The notes below the pieces were generated by a model that ran no database searches, was not told where the DNA came from, and was given only the letters and a program-made list of their open reading frames with translations. This document shows, piece after piece, positions 1 to 8,340 of a DNA stretch of 64,000 bases; positions within the stretch are counted from its first letter, which is position 1; every line of letters starts with the position of its first letter. Source of the DNA: Nitrospinaceae bacterium (GTDB taxonomy: Bacteria > Nitrospinota > Nitrospinia > Nitrospinales > Nitrospinaceae). Made by a program: the position numbers and the translations under genes. The DNA lies in the NCBI GenBank assembly GCA_965237905.1, contig OZ250172.1, positions 544,001 to 608,000 on the forward strand, read 5' to 3'.

Positions 1-226
1 TAATTTTGTAAAAACAAAAGAGATCAAGTCTCTTGTTGTCTAAATAAGGCTTTTGAGTTCAGCGATTTTTCATTTCTTACCAAAAATTCGCTTAGGATCT
101 GAAGGTAAACTCTGCCCATTGGCCTTGTACCTTTTAATCAGGTTAAGGCCCGAAGGCGGGACAGACAACCAATTTCTGCCGTCCATTGGGGCTGTATTTT
201 TACAGCTCTACAGGGAGGGATCCGAA

Positions 227-1321
227 TTAGCGGACTTCCTTGAGGTGGGTCATGACCTGGTCCAAGACGGCCTGGCTGAACAACTTACCGTTCATTTTTT
301 TTTGGACTTCTCCCCCCACGGCGTAAAATTTTTCGAGTTCACTGCCGTTGGGTAGGGGCGTTATCTGCAACCCGTTCTGTTTCATGACGGTGATGGCCTT
401 GTCATTATCTTCCTGGATTTTCTGCACCAGTTTCTTCAGATAACGTTGACTGATATCCCGGACGGCTTTTTTATGTTTGTCCGGCAAACGGTCGAACACG
501 CGCTTGGTCATCAACACACCGCCGGTCGCGTTGGCCATGCGCAGTTCGGACATGTATTTCACCTTGGTGAACCATTGCAAAGCCAAAGCGCCCATGGCTG
601 AGGCGTAGACCGTGTCGACCATCCCCGTCTGCAGGGACAGCAGGACATCGGTAACCGAAAGCGGATGCGGACTGACCCCGAGTCCACTGTAGGTCGCCTG
701 CACCAGGGGATCGCCTTCCCACATCCAGGCTTTTTGAGGGCGCAGGCTGGCGACGGAGGTTACCGGTTCGGCGGAGAAAAAATGAATCCATCCCACCGGC
801 ACCCAGCCGAGGAGGATGTACCCTTTCTCCTCGAAGCGGGCTGTGAAATGATCGTTCATTTTTTCATAGATGTGTGCGATCTCCTTGTCATTGCGAAAGA
901 GAAACGGCAAATCCAGCACCCGGACTTCCGGCAGAATCTCCCCGAGGCCGACGCCGGTGAACCCTGCCGCATGCACCTGCCCGATGCGCATTTTACGGAT
1001 CACGTCGATCTCGTCTCCCGACACTCCGCCGGGATAAAATTTAAATCCTACTTCGCCGCCGGTCACGCTTTCCAATTCCTTTTCCAACACGCGCATCACC
1101 TTCATCCAGGAAGAACCCTCCGGAGCCAGGGTGGAAAACTTGATGCGGGTTTTCTTGGCGGCCAGCGCTTCCTCGGCCGGTCCGAAAATCAGGACCAGCG
1201 CCAACAACAGGGATGCCAGAATGCCGCACACAATGCACCCCAGGGTGGCGGGTCGAAGTATTCTTTTTTTAATTTCCGGCAAACTGAAACGAGAAGTTTG
1301 ATTGCGTTTAAAATAAATCAT
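227..1321 (-). CDS. dctP: TRAP transporter substrate-binding protein (DctP family, TPAT-type TatP)
   Basis: KFSTLAPEGSSW, FYPGGVSGDE and LDLPFLF motifs; signal/TM segment; directly downstream of a TatT gene. Start taken at ATG 1321 (uncertain). Confidence 0.88.
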   Translation of the reverse strand: MIYFKRNQTSRFSLPEIKKRILRPATLGCIVCGILASLLLALVLIFGPAEEALAAKKTRIKFSTLAPEGSSWMKVMRVLEKELESVTGGEVGFKFYPGGVSGDEIDVIRKMRIGQVHAAGFTGVGLGEILPEVRVLDLPFLFRNDKEIAHIYEKMNDHFTARFEEKGYILLGWVPVGWIHFFSAEPVTSVASLRPQKAWMWEGDPLVQATYSGLGVSPHPLSVTDVLLSLQTGMVDTVYASAMGALALQWFTKVKYMSELRMANATGGVLMTKRVFDRLPDKHKKAVRDISQRYLKKLVQKIQEDNDKAITVMKQNGLQITPLPNGSELEKFYAVGGEVQKKMNGKLFSQAVLDQVMTHLKEVR

Positions 1322-2165
1322 CCGCTGACTCCAGTAGTTTTTGGGCCTTTTGCTTCGCCACGGCATTGGCCAGTTGCTGTTCGGGCAGAATATCCGCCGG
1401 GGCGTCGAGGACGGCGCTTAAAAGTTTTTTGAACAACGCGCGGTCTTGCATCTGAACCGCGTAGGTTTTGGCATAAATCACCTTTGCCATCAAAAATTGT
1501 TGCTGGGTGAGTTCGAGGCATTTTTCAAAATGGCTACGGGCCTTGTCCGGTTTTCCGCCCAGCAGTTTGGAACGGCCACCGTAAAACGCGCCCAACAAAA
1601 GGTGTGGTCCGGCATAGTAATAAGACTCGTCCAATGCCAATGCTCTTTGTAAAATGGCTTCTACCTTGGAGATGGCGACAAAGGCTTGGAGATCATCCAG
1701 ATTGAGCATCAGCCAGCCCGCCCAGCACTGCCCCATCCAGTACAACCCATGCAAGTGATCCGCATCCAAAGTCTGCAACGCGCTTTTGAATTGTCCGGGG
1801 TTCAGTGCGGTCAGGTTCTCCGGCGCCCCGTCGGTCACCAGCAATTGTTCGGCATAACCGCGGCCTCTGAGATATAAGCGGGAGGCGCGTTCGGGATCGG
1901 TGTCCTCCACAAAACTGAAGGCATATCCGCAGAATCCTTCGGAGAGATTTTTTAATAAGGTTTCATTCTCCGGGTCCCCTCTCAGCATGCCTTCGAGCAT
2001 TTTCAAACTGGCCGGAATGGCCTGTTCCGCCAACACGGGATCGGTTTCTTCATTGATGGAGGCGACTTGGCCCTGCACCATGGGAGTGGCCAAACGAATG
2101 GAGAGGGTGGAACATCCCTGGAAGAGAATCAGAAGAATGAGGCCTGCCGGAAGTCGAGCATACAT
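1308..2165 (-). CDS. TRAP transporter TatT component family lipoprotein (TPR-like)
   Basis: Lipobox LFQGC; helical repeats; ALDESYYYAGPHLLLGAFY..GGKPDKARSHFEK pattern; adjacent to dctP. Confidence 0.85.
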   Translation of the reverse strand: MYARLPAGLILLILFQGCSTLSIRLATPMVQGQVASINEETDPVLAEQAIPASLKMLEGMLRGDPENETLLKNLSEGFCGYAFSFVEDTDPERASRLYLRGRGYAEQLLVTDGAPENLTALNPGQFKSALQTLDADHLHGLYWMGQCWAGWLMLNLDDLQAFVAISKVEAILQRALALDESYYYAGPHLLLGAFYGGRSKLLGGKPDKARSHFEKCLELTQQQFLMAKVIYAKTYAVQMQDRALFKKLLSAVLDAPADILPEQQLANAVAKQKAQKLLESADDLF

Positions 2166-2213
2166 AGGCCTATCATAGCAAAACCCCGGTAGAGCAACAA
2201 CTTATACCCCATT

Positions 2214-2242
2214 TTGACAAGCCACAGCCAAACTGCTATGAT
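2214..2242 (+). promoter_or_regulatory. sigma70-type promoter (TTGACA-17-TATGAT)
   Basis: Near-consensus -35/-10 with 17-bp spacer, ~45 bp upstream of the ATG at 2287. Confidence 0.65.
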
Positions 2243-2286
2243 TCCGCCTATCTATAGAAAAACATACCACTTGGGGAGATCGAGTC

Positions 2287-2679
2287 ATGAGTGACACGGA
2301 AGGAGAAGGCTTCACCATCAAGGACAAGCGCTCGTCCAATCAGCCCGAAGAAGAAACAAAAGCCTCCGAAGAGTCTCAAAAGAAAGAACCCGCCGCAAAA
2401 GAAGAGCCGCCTTCTCAAGCTGAAGGCCAGAACTTTGAACTCAATTTTTCCACCTTCGTGCTATCGCTGACCTCATCCGCGTTTTACCACCTGGGAGACA
2501 TCCCCGATCCCATGACCGGCCAAAAACAGGAAAACCTGCCGGCTGTCAAGCAGACCATCGATATCCTCATCATGCTCCAGGAAAAAACCAAAAATAATCT
2601 TGATGCCGAAGAAGCCAAACTGATGGAGCAATTGATCTACGAACTGCAAATAAAGTACGTGGCCAAAACCACGAAATAG
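2287..2679 (+). CDS. DUF1844 domain-containing protein
   Basis: FSTFVLSL..A..HLGDIPDP..NLPAVKQTIDILIMLQEKTKNNL pattern; GGAG RBS. Confidence 0.85.
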   Translation: MSDTEGEGFTIKDKRSSNQPEEETKASEESQKKEPAAKEEPPSQAEGQNFELNFSTFVLSLTSSAFYHLGDIPDPMTGQKQENLPAVKQTIDILIMLQEKTKNNLDAEEAKLMEQLIYELQIKYVAKTTK

Positions 2680-2794
2680 CCATTGTTGCCCTTTCCTCGC
2701 CGTCCGTTTCCCATTCGATTCCCAATGCCTATTGCCTTCCTTGTCACGGGAGTGGTATTTTGTTTCTTTTAATCTCAGTGATCTTTATTGCCCC

Positions 2795-3523
2795 ATGACT
2801 TTATATTCCGATCCTATCGGCGCCTTTATCCAGGGAGTGACAGACCCGGAGGAGTTGCGCCGTTTCATTCAGCAGAAGTTTTCCGAAGCCGAAATCCAGT
2901 ACGCTTACGAAAAAATGCTGGCGGACACCAAAGCGCTGGCCAAGGCCGAGAAGATTCCCCTTCTGAAAGCGTTCTGGAAAGTGCTCGACCGCGCTTATGT
3001 CAGCAAGGCCCCGCCGTTGACCTGCCGGAAGGGATGCAGTCACTGCTGTTACACCGGTGTCGCCCATACCCAGCTGGAATGGGACGGCATGATGAACGCC
3101 GCGCGCGACAAGGATATCGACCTCAACGCAATTATCGAAAAGTCGGAGAAAACCGTCCGCAAGGTGGCGAAGACTCTGGAGTCCGGAATCGACCCGGAAA
3201 CAGTGGACTGGTACCACATGGTGGTCAATCAACGGTGCCCGTTTCTGGATGAAGAGGAGTCCTGCATGATCCACGAAGACCGGCCTTTGGACTGCCGCCT
3301 CATGGTTGCCTTCCGCGAAGTATGCGCCTCGAAAAACCTGGAGCATGCGCAACGCGGCGTGCTGGTGGAAGAAGCGGTGGCGCCGACCGTCATCGCCCGC
3401 CTGCAATATGAAACCACGCCGAAAATCAAACGGCGCAAATTCACCGGGTCGCAGAAACTGCGGATCATCCAGCGCTGGCTGTTGACCTGGAAAAACAAAA
3501 AAGGCGGAAAAAAGAAACGCTGA
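2795..3523 (+). CDS. YkgJ family cysteine-cluster (CxxxCxxCC) protein
   Basis: CRKGCSHCC, CPFLD, CMIHEDRPLDCR motifs. Confidence 0.85.
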   Translation: MTLYSDPIGAFIQGVTDPEELRRFIQQKFSEAEIQYAYEKMLADTKALAKAEKIPLLKAFWKVLDRAYVSKAPPLTCRKGCSHCCYTGVAHTQLEWDGMMNAARDKDIDLNAIIEKSEKTVRKVAKTLESGIDPETVDWYHMVVNQRCPFLDEEESCMIHEDRPLDCRLMVAFREVCASKNLEHAQRGVLVEEAVAPTVIARLQYETTPKIKRRKFTGSQKLRIIQRWLLTWKNKKGGKKKR

Positions 3524-3640
3524 CGACTCCCCCTCCTGGAAATTCCAATTGCCCTACCGGGCTTCATAATATATTGCAAAGCGCATAGGCCTTTATTACC
3601 CTAGGTAACAAGGCCATTATCACGAATAGGATTCAGAATC

Positions 3641-4030
3641 ATGAAAACCATAATCACACTATTCATTTTGAGCGCCGTGATATCGGCGAATATTGCGTTG
3701 GCCGAACCGGAATCGAAAAACAGTCCGGTCCCGAATAGTTCCGAGGGAGCAGCCATTTCCGGGCCTCTGGGGTCATGGAATAACCCGGTGAAAAGCAATG
3801 GGCCGAGTGGCGAGCGGGCCTATATCAAACGGTTGAAGTGCCCCGATGGCGAAACTCCGAAGTTTCACCGCGTAGGCAGTTATGCGCCAGGGCCGTATGG
3901 CAACATCCTCGATGGATACGACTTGGTTTGCGGGGACCAGAAATTCAAAATTTTTATGGATATGTACCACTGCTGTTTTAAAGAGACGGAACCTGTTCCC
4001 GGTTTTACCATTGAACCGCCCAGCTCGTAA
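3641..4030 (+). CDS. secreted conserved hypothetical protein
   Basis: Signal peptide; NPV..GP.GER.Y..RL.CPDG..R.GS..LD.Y..DMY pattern of a small uncharacterised family. Confidence 0.7.
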   Translation: MKTIITLFILSAVISANIALAEPESKNSPVPNSSEGAAISGPLGSWNNPVKSNGPSGERAYIKRLKCPDGETPKFHRVGSYAPGPYGNILDGYDLVCGDQKFKIFMDMYHCCFKETEPVPGFTIEPPSS

Positions 4031-4052
4031 GGGGATGGGGTTTATGTGAGAA

Positions 4053-5037
4053 TTACCCCTTCAACATGTCGAGCGTGAGGCCTTCCTGGGAGAGGATCAT
4101 CTCCAGTGTGCTTTTGGGACCGATGGCTTTCAGGTATTTTTTGGTCTGCTCAAAAATATTGGCCAGTTTGAAATCGCTGTAAGTCGGCTCATGATGATAA
4201 AAGGCGATTTTCTTCACATTCGCCTCCAGGGCAATGTCCACGCCGATAAACGTGGAGCTTGTGTCCCCAATCTTCTTTTTCGATTCCCTCAATGAACGTG
4301 TATTGGGAGTCGAACACCAGTAAGTCGGCATCCTTGAAAAATTCGATGGTGGGCTTTAGGTTTTCATCCCCCAAGTCTTTATACTCCGAGTCGGTCGCGT
4401 AAATAAAAGACTTCCCCCGATACTCCACCCGGTAGCCGAAACACTGCCCGGGATGGTTCATTTCATGCCAGGTGATGCGGACATCCCCCAGCACGCATTC
4501 TTTCCGGTCCACCAGGGAAACCATATCGATATCGGCCTGACAGGAATCGAAAGACACCGGAAAATAATCAAAATGCTGTTGGCCGATCAACCGTTTTTCC
4601 AAGTGGGGATGAGAACCGTAAATCTTAAACCGGTTGCCTTCTCTATAAAAGGGGACAAAAAACGGGATGCCCAGGATATGGTCCCAATGGGTATGAGACA
4701 AAAACAGGTGCGCTTCGCCCTGCCCTTTTCCGAACTCCTGTTCCAGAAGATGGTTGCCCAGAACCCGGAGGCCCGATCCGCCGTCAAAAATCACATGATG
4801 GCCGCCCACCTTAAGGTAGACGCATGAGGAATTTCCACCATAACAACTTTTCAAATGATCGGGAAGGCTGTCCACAAACGCTTCGCGCGAGGCTGCATCT
4901 TTGAGGTTTTCCGGACTGGCCTGCTCCAGGGCCTTGACCAGCTTCTCGCGCACGTCCTGCCCCACCATCGGACTGGGAATGGAGCCCCGGACGCCATAAA
5001 ATGTAACCAGGAACGGCAGTTGGTCCATAGTCTGCAA
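4053..5037 (-). pseudogene. MBL-fold metallo-hydrolase, frameshifted near 4260 (pseudogene or sequencing error)
   Basis: GVRGSIP, DGGSG, SHTHWDHI motifs in ORF 4189..5037. The C-terminus (SSTFIGVDIA..FYHHEP) lies in another frame; one extra A after codons TGG GGA CAC. Confidence 0.8.
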
Positions 5038-5134
5038 ATGAAGGAAAGTAGAGGTTCGTTGCCTGTTTCAACGGAACTTGGCCAGGGTGAGAAGAATCCC
5101 CGTATTCAGCGCAATTTATTATACTTGGGATGGC

Positions 5135-6034
5135 TTATTTATAAAGGACTTCTTTAGCCAGATACAGACTTTCCCGGGTTTCTTCCACAATCTCTTCCAG
5201 GTCTTCCCTGGAGAGACCCTGTTGGATCAAGAAATTGTAATTGACCGGTTCCTCTGAATCGGAAATGCCGTTGCCCATATCGTAGGTATTGGCAATGGCA
5301 TTGGAGATGATCACAGCCAGCAGAATGGGATGGCTCTTCCCCTGATTCGACATGGTCAGATAATGCCCGCCGACGGAAGTCACGACCTCTTCAGGGACGG
5401 GCCACCATTTCTGAATAAACAACGAACCCAGTTCGGGGTGCGAAATACCGAATTTTTGAATTTCCAGTTCGTGCAGAGGGCTGTCCGTTCCGCCAATCTG
5501 TTTAAGAAACGCAGAGTATTCTTCCGGAATCAGATAGTTGAATACCATGATGCCTATATCGTGCATCAATCCGGAGAGGTAACACATATCCTGTTCGATT
5601 CTCAAACCTTCCAACCGCTGGCTCAAAATCCTAGCCAGAATGGCGACCGCCAGAGAATGCTGCCAGAATTTACTTTGGTTGATCCCCTTGCCTTTCATGA
5701 ACAATTTGGGAACTTCCAACGTATAAGCCAAATCGAGAATCATTTTGAGTCCCAGCCGAATAATGGCCTGAGACAGATTTTCGACCTTGTTGCCGCCACG
5801 GTTGAAAAATACGCTGTTGGAAAGCTGAATCATCCGGCCCGCTAAAATGGGCTCGGTTTCGATCAATATGGCGATATCGCTGATATTGCTTTTGGGATCT
5901 TCAATTTTTGATTCCAGGCGTACGAGAATATCCGGCAACGGAGGAATGTTTCCCTTTTCCTCCACCATGGCAAGGATGGCACTTCGCATCCCTTCTTGGG
6001 TCGTATTAAGCATGGGAATCTTGTAAATCTTCAA
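5135..6034 (-). CDS. HDOD domain-containing signalling protein
   Basis: IPPLP, EPILAGRMIQLSNS, FWQHSLAVA, GLMHDIG, FGISHPELG motifs; start may be 6013. Confidence 0.9.
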   Translation of the reverse strand: MKIYKIPMLNTTQEGMRSAILAMVEEKGNIPPLPDILVRLESKIEDPKSNISDIAILIETEPILAGRMIQLSNSVFFNRGGNKVENLSQAIIRLGLKMILDLAYTLEVPKLFMKGKGINQSKFWQHSLAVAILARILSQRLEGLRIEQDMCYLSGLMHDIGIMVFNYLIPEEYSAFLKQIGGTDSPLHELEIQKFGISHPELGSLFIQKWWPVPEEVVTSVGGHYLTMSNQGKSHPILLAVIISNAIANTYDMGNGISDSEEPVNYNFLIQQGLSREDLEEIVEETRESLYLAKEVLYK

Positions 6035-6182
6035 AAAATGATCATTAAAAAGCTGGAGGCGGATTCTCCAGCTTCACCGGTGATTTTTCCTGTAGTCTAG
6101 TATAAGGTCAAAATTCAAAAATTTATAAGTCAATTTTCAACCCTTTTGGCTTGTTAAAGACGAAAAGCCGGTCAAATTTGTG

Positions 6183-6211
6183 TTGACCTGATTCCCGGAT
6201 ATTCATACAAT
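6183..6211 (+). promoter_or_regulatory. sigma70-type promoter (TTGACC-17-TACAAT)
   Basis: Near-consensus boxes with 17-bp spacer upstream of rlpA. Confidence 0.55.
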
Positions 6212-6356
6212 TGATGCGAGCACTTCCTCTATAAGATCATATTTTTGAATGATTTACGATGAATTTTCTGATATTTGCCCGATCGTGTCTGCTCGGCTCC
6301 CACAACCTCCTGCAGACTGGTTTCTCCAACTGAAACCGATCAAAACTTACAATCAA

Positions 6357-7106
6357 ATGAAATCAACTGTATCGAACTCCCCATTGCCGTTTATAATAGT
6401 GTTTTGGACCTTGATGGGTGTGGGCTCGGGTTGCGCCTCACATCCCATGGTCCATCCGGGTCCTGAGACCCATTCCGATTCCGTTCAGACTTTACCTTAT
6501 CGGGTTGATGGTCGCGTTTATCATCCTTTGAGCAGTTCTTCGGGGTTTGTTCAAGAAGGCATCGCGTCGTGGTATGGCCGGGATTTCCATGGCAAGCTCA
6601 CCTCCAACGGGGAGGTGTATGATATGAATGCCTTGACGGCGGCGCACAAAACACTGCCGTTTAATTCTGTCGTTTTGGTCACCCACCGGGAAAGTGGGGA
6701 AAGTGTTACCGTTCGTATCAATGACCGTGGCCCCTTTGTGGGCGAACGGATTATTGATCTGAGTCATGGTGCGGCAAACAAACTGGGCATGGTTGAAACA
6801 GGAACTGCTCCGGTACACCTTCGGGTGATCAGAGGAGCACAATCATCTCCACCACGGAATGCGGCCGGGACTTCCGCGAAAAAGGGAATCTATTCGGTGC
6901 AAGTGGGCGTCTTTGAAGACCTTGACAATGCCCGGAAGATTTCACACCAATTTAATAACAGCCGGATCTTTGCGGTCAAACAAAGCAACCGGAAATGGTA
7001 CAAAGTTCTTGTTGGGAAATATTCCAACTACGAAAAGGCCCTGGAGCCCATGGACCAGATGCGACTCGAGGGATTTGAAGAAGCATTTATCGTACTGAGC
7101 CCATAG
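6357..7106 (+). CDS. rlpA: septal ring lytic transglycosylase RlpA with C-terminal SPOR domain
   Basis: GIASWYG..FHG, TAAHKTLP, VRINDRGPF, RIIDLS motifs; lipobox GSGC; SPOR-like YSVQVGVF. Confidence 0.92.
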   Translation: MKSTVSNSPLPFIIVFWTLMGVGSGCASHPMVHPGPETHSDSVQTLPYRVDGRVYHPLSSSSGFVQEGIASWYGRDFHGKLTSNGEVYDMNALTAAHKTLPFNSVVLVTHRESGESVTVRINDRGPFVGERIIDLSHGAANKLGMVETGTAPVHLRVIRGAQSSPPRNAAGTSAKKGIYSVQVGVFEDLDNARKISHQFNNSRIFAVKQSNRKWYKVLVGKYSNYEKALEPMDQMRLEGFEEAFIVLSP

Positions 7107-7149
7107 CTCCGGTTACGAGGATTAACAACTGACAAACTATTAGTAAACT

Positions 7150-7623
7150 ATGAGACTGCCGATACTGGATAAACTTGAAAAACAGTTAATGGATTCCAAA
7201 AAAGAACTGGATGTCGATATTCCCAAGGCCCTGAAAATTGCTACGGACATGGGCGACCTCAGCGAAAATGCGGAATATAAGGCGGCGAAAGAACGGCAGA
7301 TGTTCCTGGAGAGCCGTATCTCGCAACTTCAAAAGCGAATTGGAGATATCACTTCCATCGATATCAGCCGCATTCCCAAAGACCGGTCCGGCCTGGGCAG
7401 CACTTTACTTTTAAAACATACCGACTCGGGAGAAGAAAGAAAGTATTTCCTGGTGTTCCCCGAGGAAGTGGATCCTGATACTGGCAAACTCTCCATGGCC
7501 TCCCCAGTCGGAAAAATGCTGGCTGGCAAAATGGAAGGGGATGAGGTTGAGGTGCCGATCGAAGGGGAACGGCAAAACTTTGAAGTCATCCAACTGAAAA
7601 CCATTCATCAGGAGAACGGTTGA
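7150..7623 (+). CDS. greA: transcription elongation factor GreA/GreB family
   Basis: GDLSENAEYKAAKE and SMASPVG motifs. Confidence 0.9.
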   Translation: MRLPILDKLEKQLMDSKKELDVDIPKALKIATDMGDLSENAEYKAAKERQMFLESRISQLQKRIGDITSIDISRIPKDRSGLGSTLLLKHTDSGEERKYFLVFPEEVDPDTGKLSMASPVGKMLAGKMEGDEVEVPIEGERQNFEVIQLKTIHQENG

Positions 7624-7638
7624 AAGACCTGAAACCCC

Positions 7639-8295
7639 ATGGCAAAGCGGCTCATTCCATTCGATAAAATCGCCACCGAGCATCCTTGTTTTCTGGACCC
7701 CGAGGAACGGCCGGACTGGTGCGGCCTGTTTCAAAACAGCGCTCCACTGAAGCTGGAAATCGGATTCGGCAACGGCAATTTTCTCATCGACATGGCCATT
7801 CGCGAACCCCAAAGTAATTTTATTGGAATGGATTTTTACCGTAAGGGAATTCGCAAGGTCATCACACGTATGGATCGGCTCTACCTGAAAAATATCCGGG
7901 TCGCTTATGGCAACGCCAGCGAAAAAATTCCCATTCTTTTTGAAGAGGGTGAGCTCAGCGAGGTATTCATTAATTTTCCGGATCCCTGGCCCAAGAAAAG
8001 GCATCACAAAAGAAGATTGATCAAACCACAATTTGTAGAAACCCTGGCAGGCAAGCTGACACCGCAAGGTAAAGTCCGCATTGCAACGGACTTCGAATCC
8101 TATGCGCAAGAAATCCTGGAAGTCATGCAAGCGAATGCCCAATTCTACAATCCACACGAGGATCTGGGATTTCTCCACGAGCGGAACGATGTCCCCAAAA
8201 CCAAATATGAAAAAGCGTTTCTGGACGCAGGAAAGAAAATCTATTATCTCGAATTTTCCAAAGAGCAGGACTATGCGTTGGCTCCCACCGCATAA
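7639..8295 (+). CDS. trmB: tRNA (guanine-N7)-methyltransferase
   Basis: LEIGFGNG, FPDPWPKKRHHKRR, ATD, TKYE motifs. Confidence 0.95.
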   Translation: MAKRLIPFDKIATEHPCFLDPEERPDWCGLFQNSAPLKLEIGFGNGNFLIDMAIREPQSNFIGMDFYRKGIRKVITRMDRLYLKNIRVAYGNASEKIPILFEEGELSEVFINFPDPWPKKRHHKRRLIKPQFVETLAGKLTPQGKVRIATDFESYAQEILEVMQANAQFYNPHEDLGFLHERNDVPKTKYEKAFLDAGKKIYYLEFSKEQDYALAPTA

Positions 8296-8340
8296 TGGAT
8301 TTAGAAATGCTGTTTTTTGAAACCAATCACGGAGGTTTCC

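Noticed and set aside
4053..5037. Programmed ribosomal frameshifting in the MBL gene (and likewise surE)
   Set aside because: No slippery heptamer or stimulatory structure at either site; a simple indel explains both.
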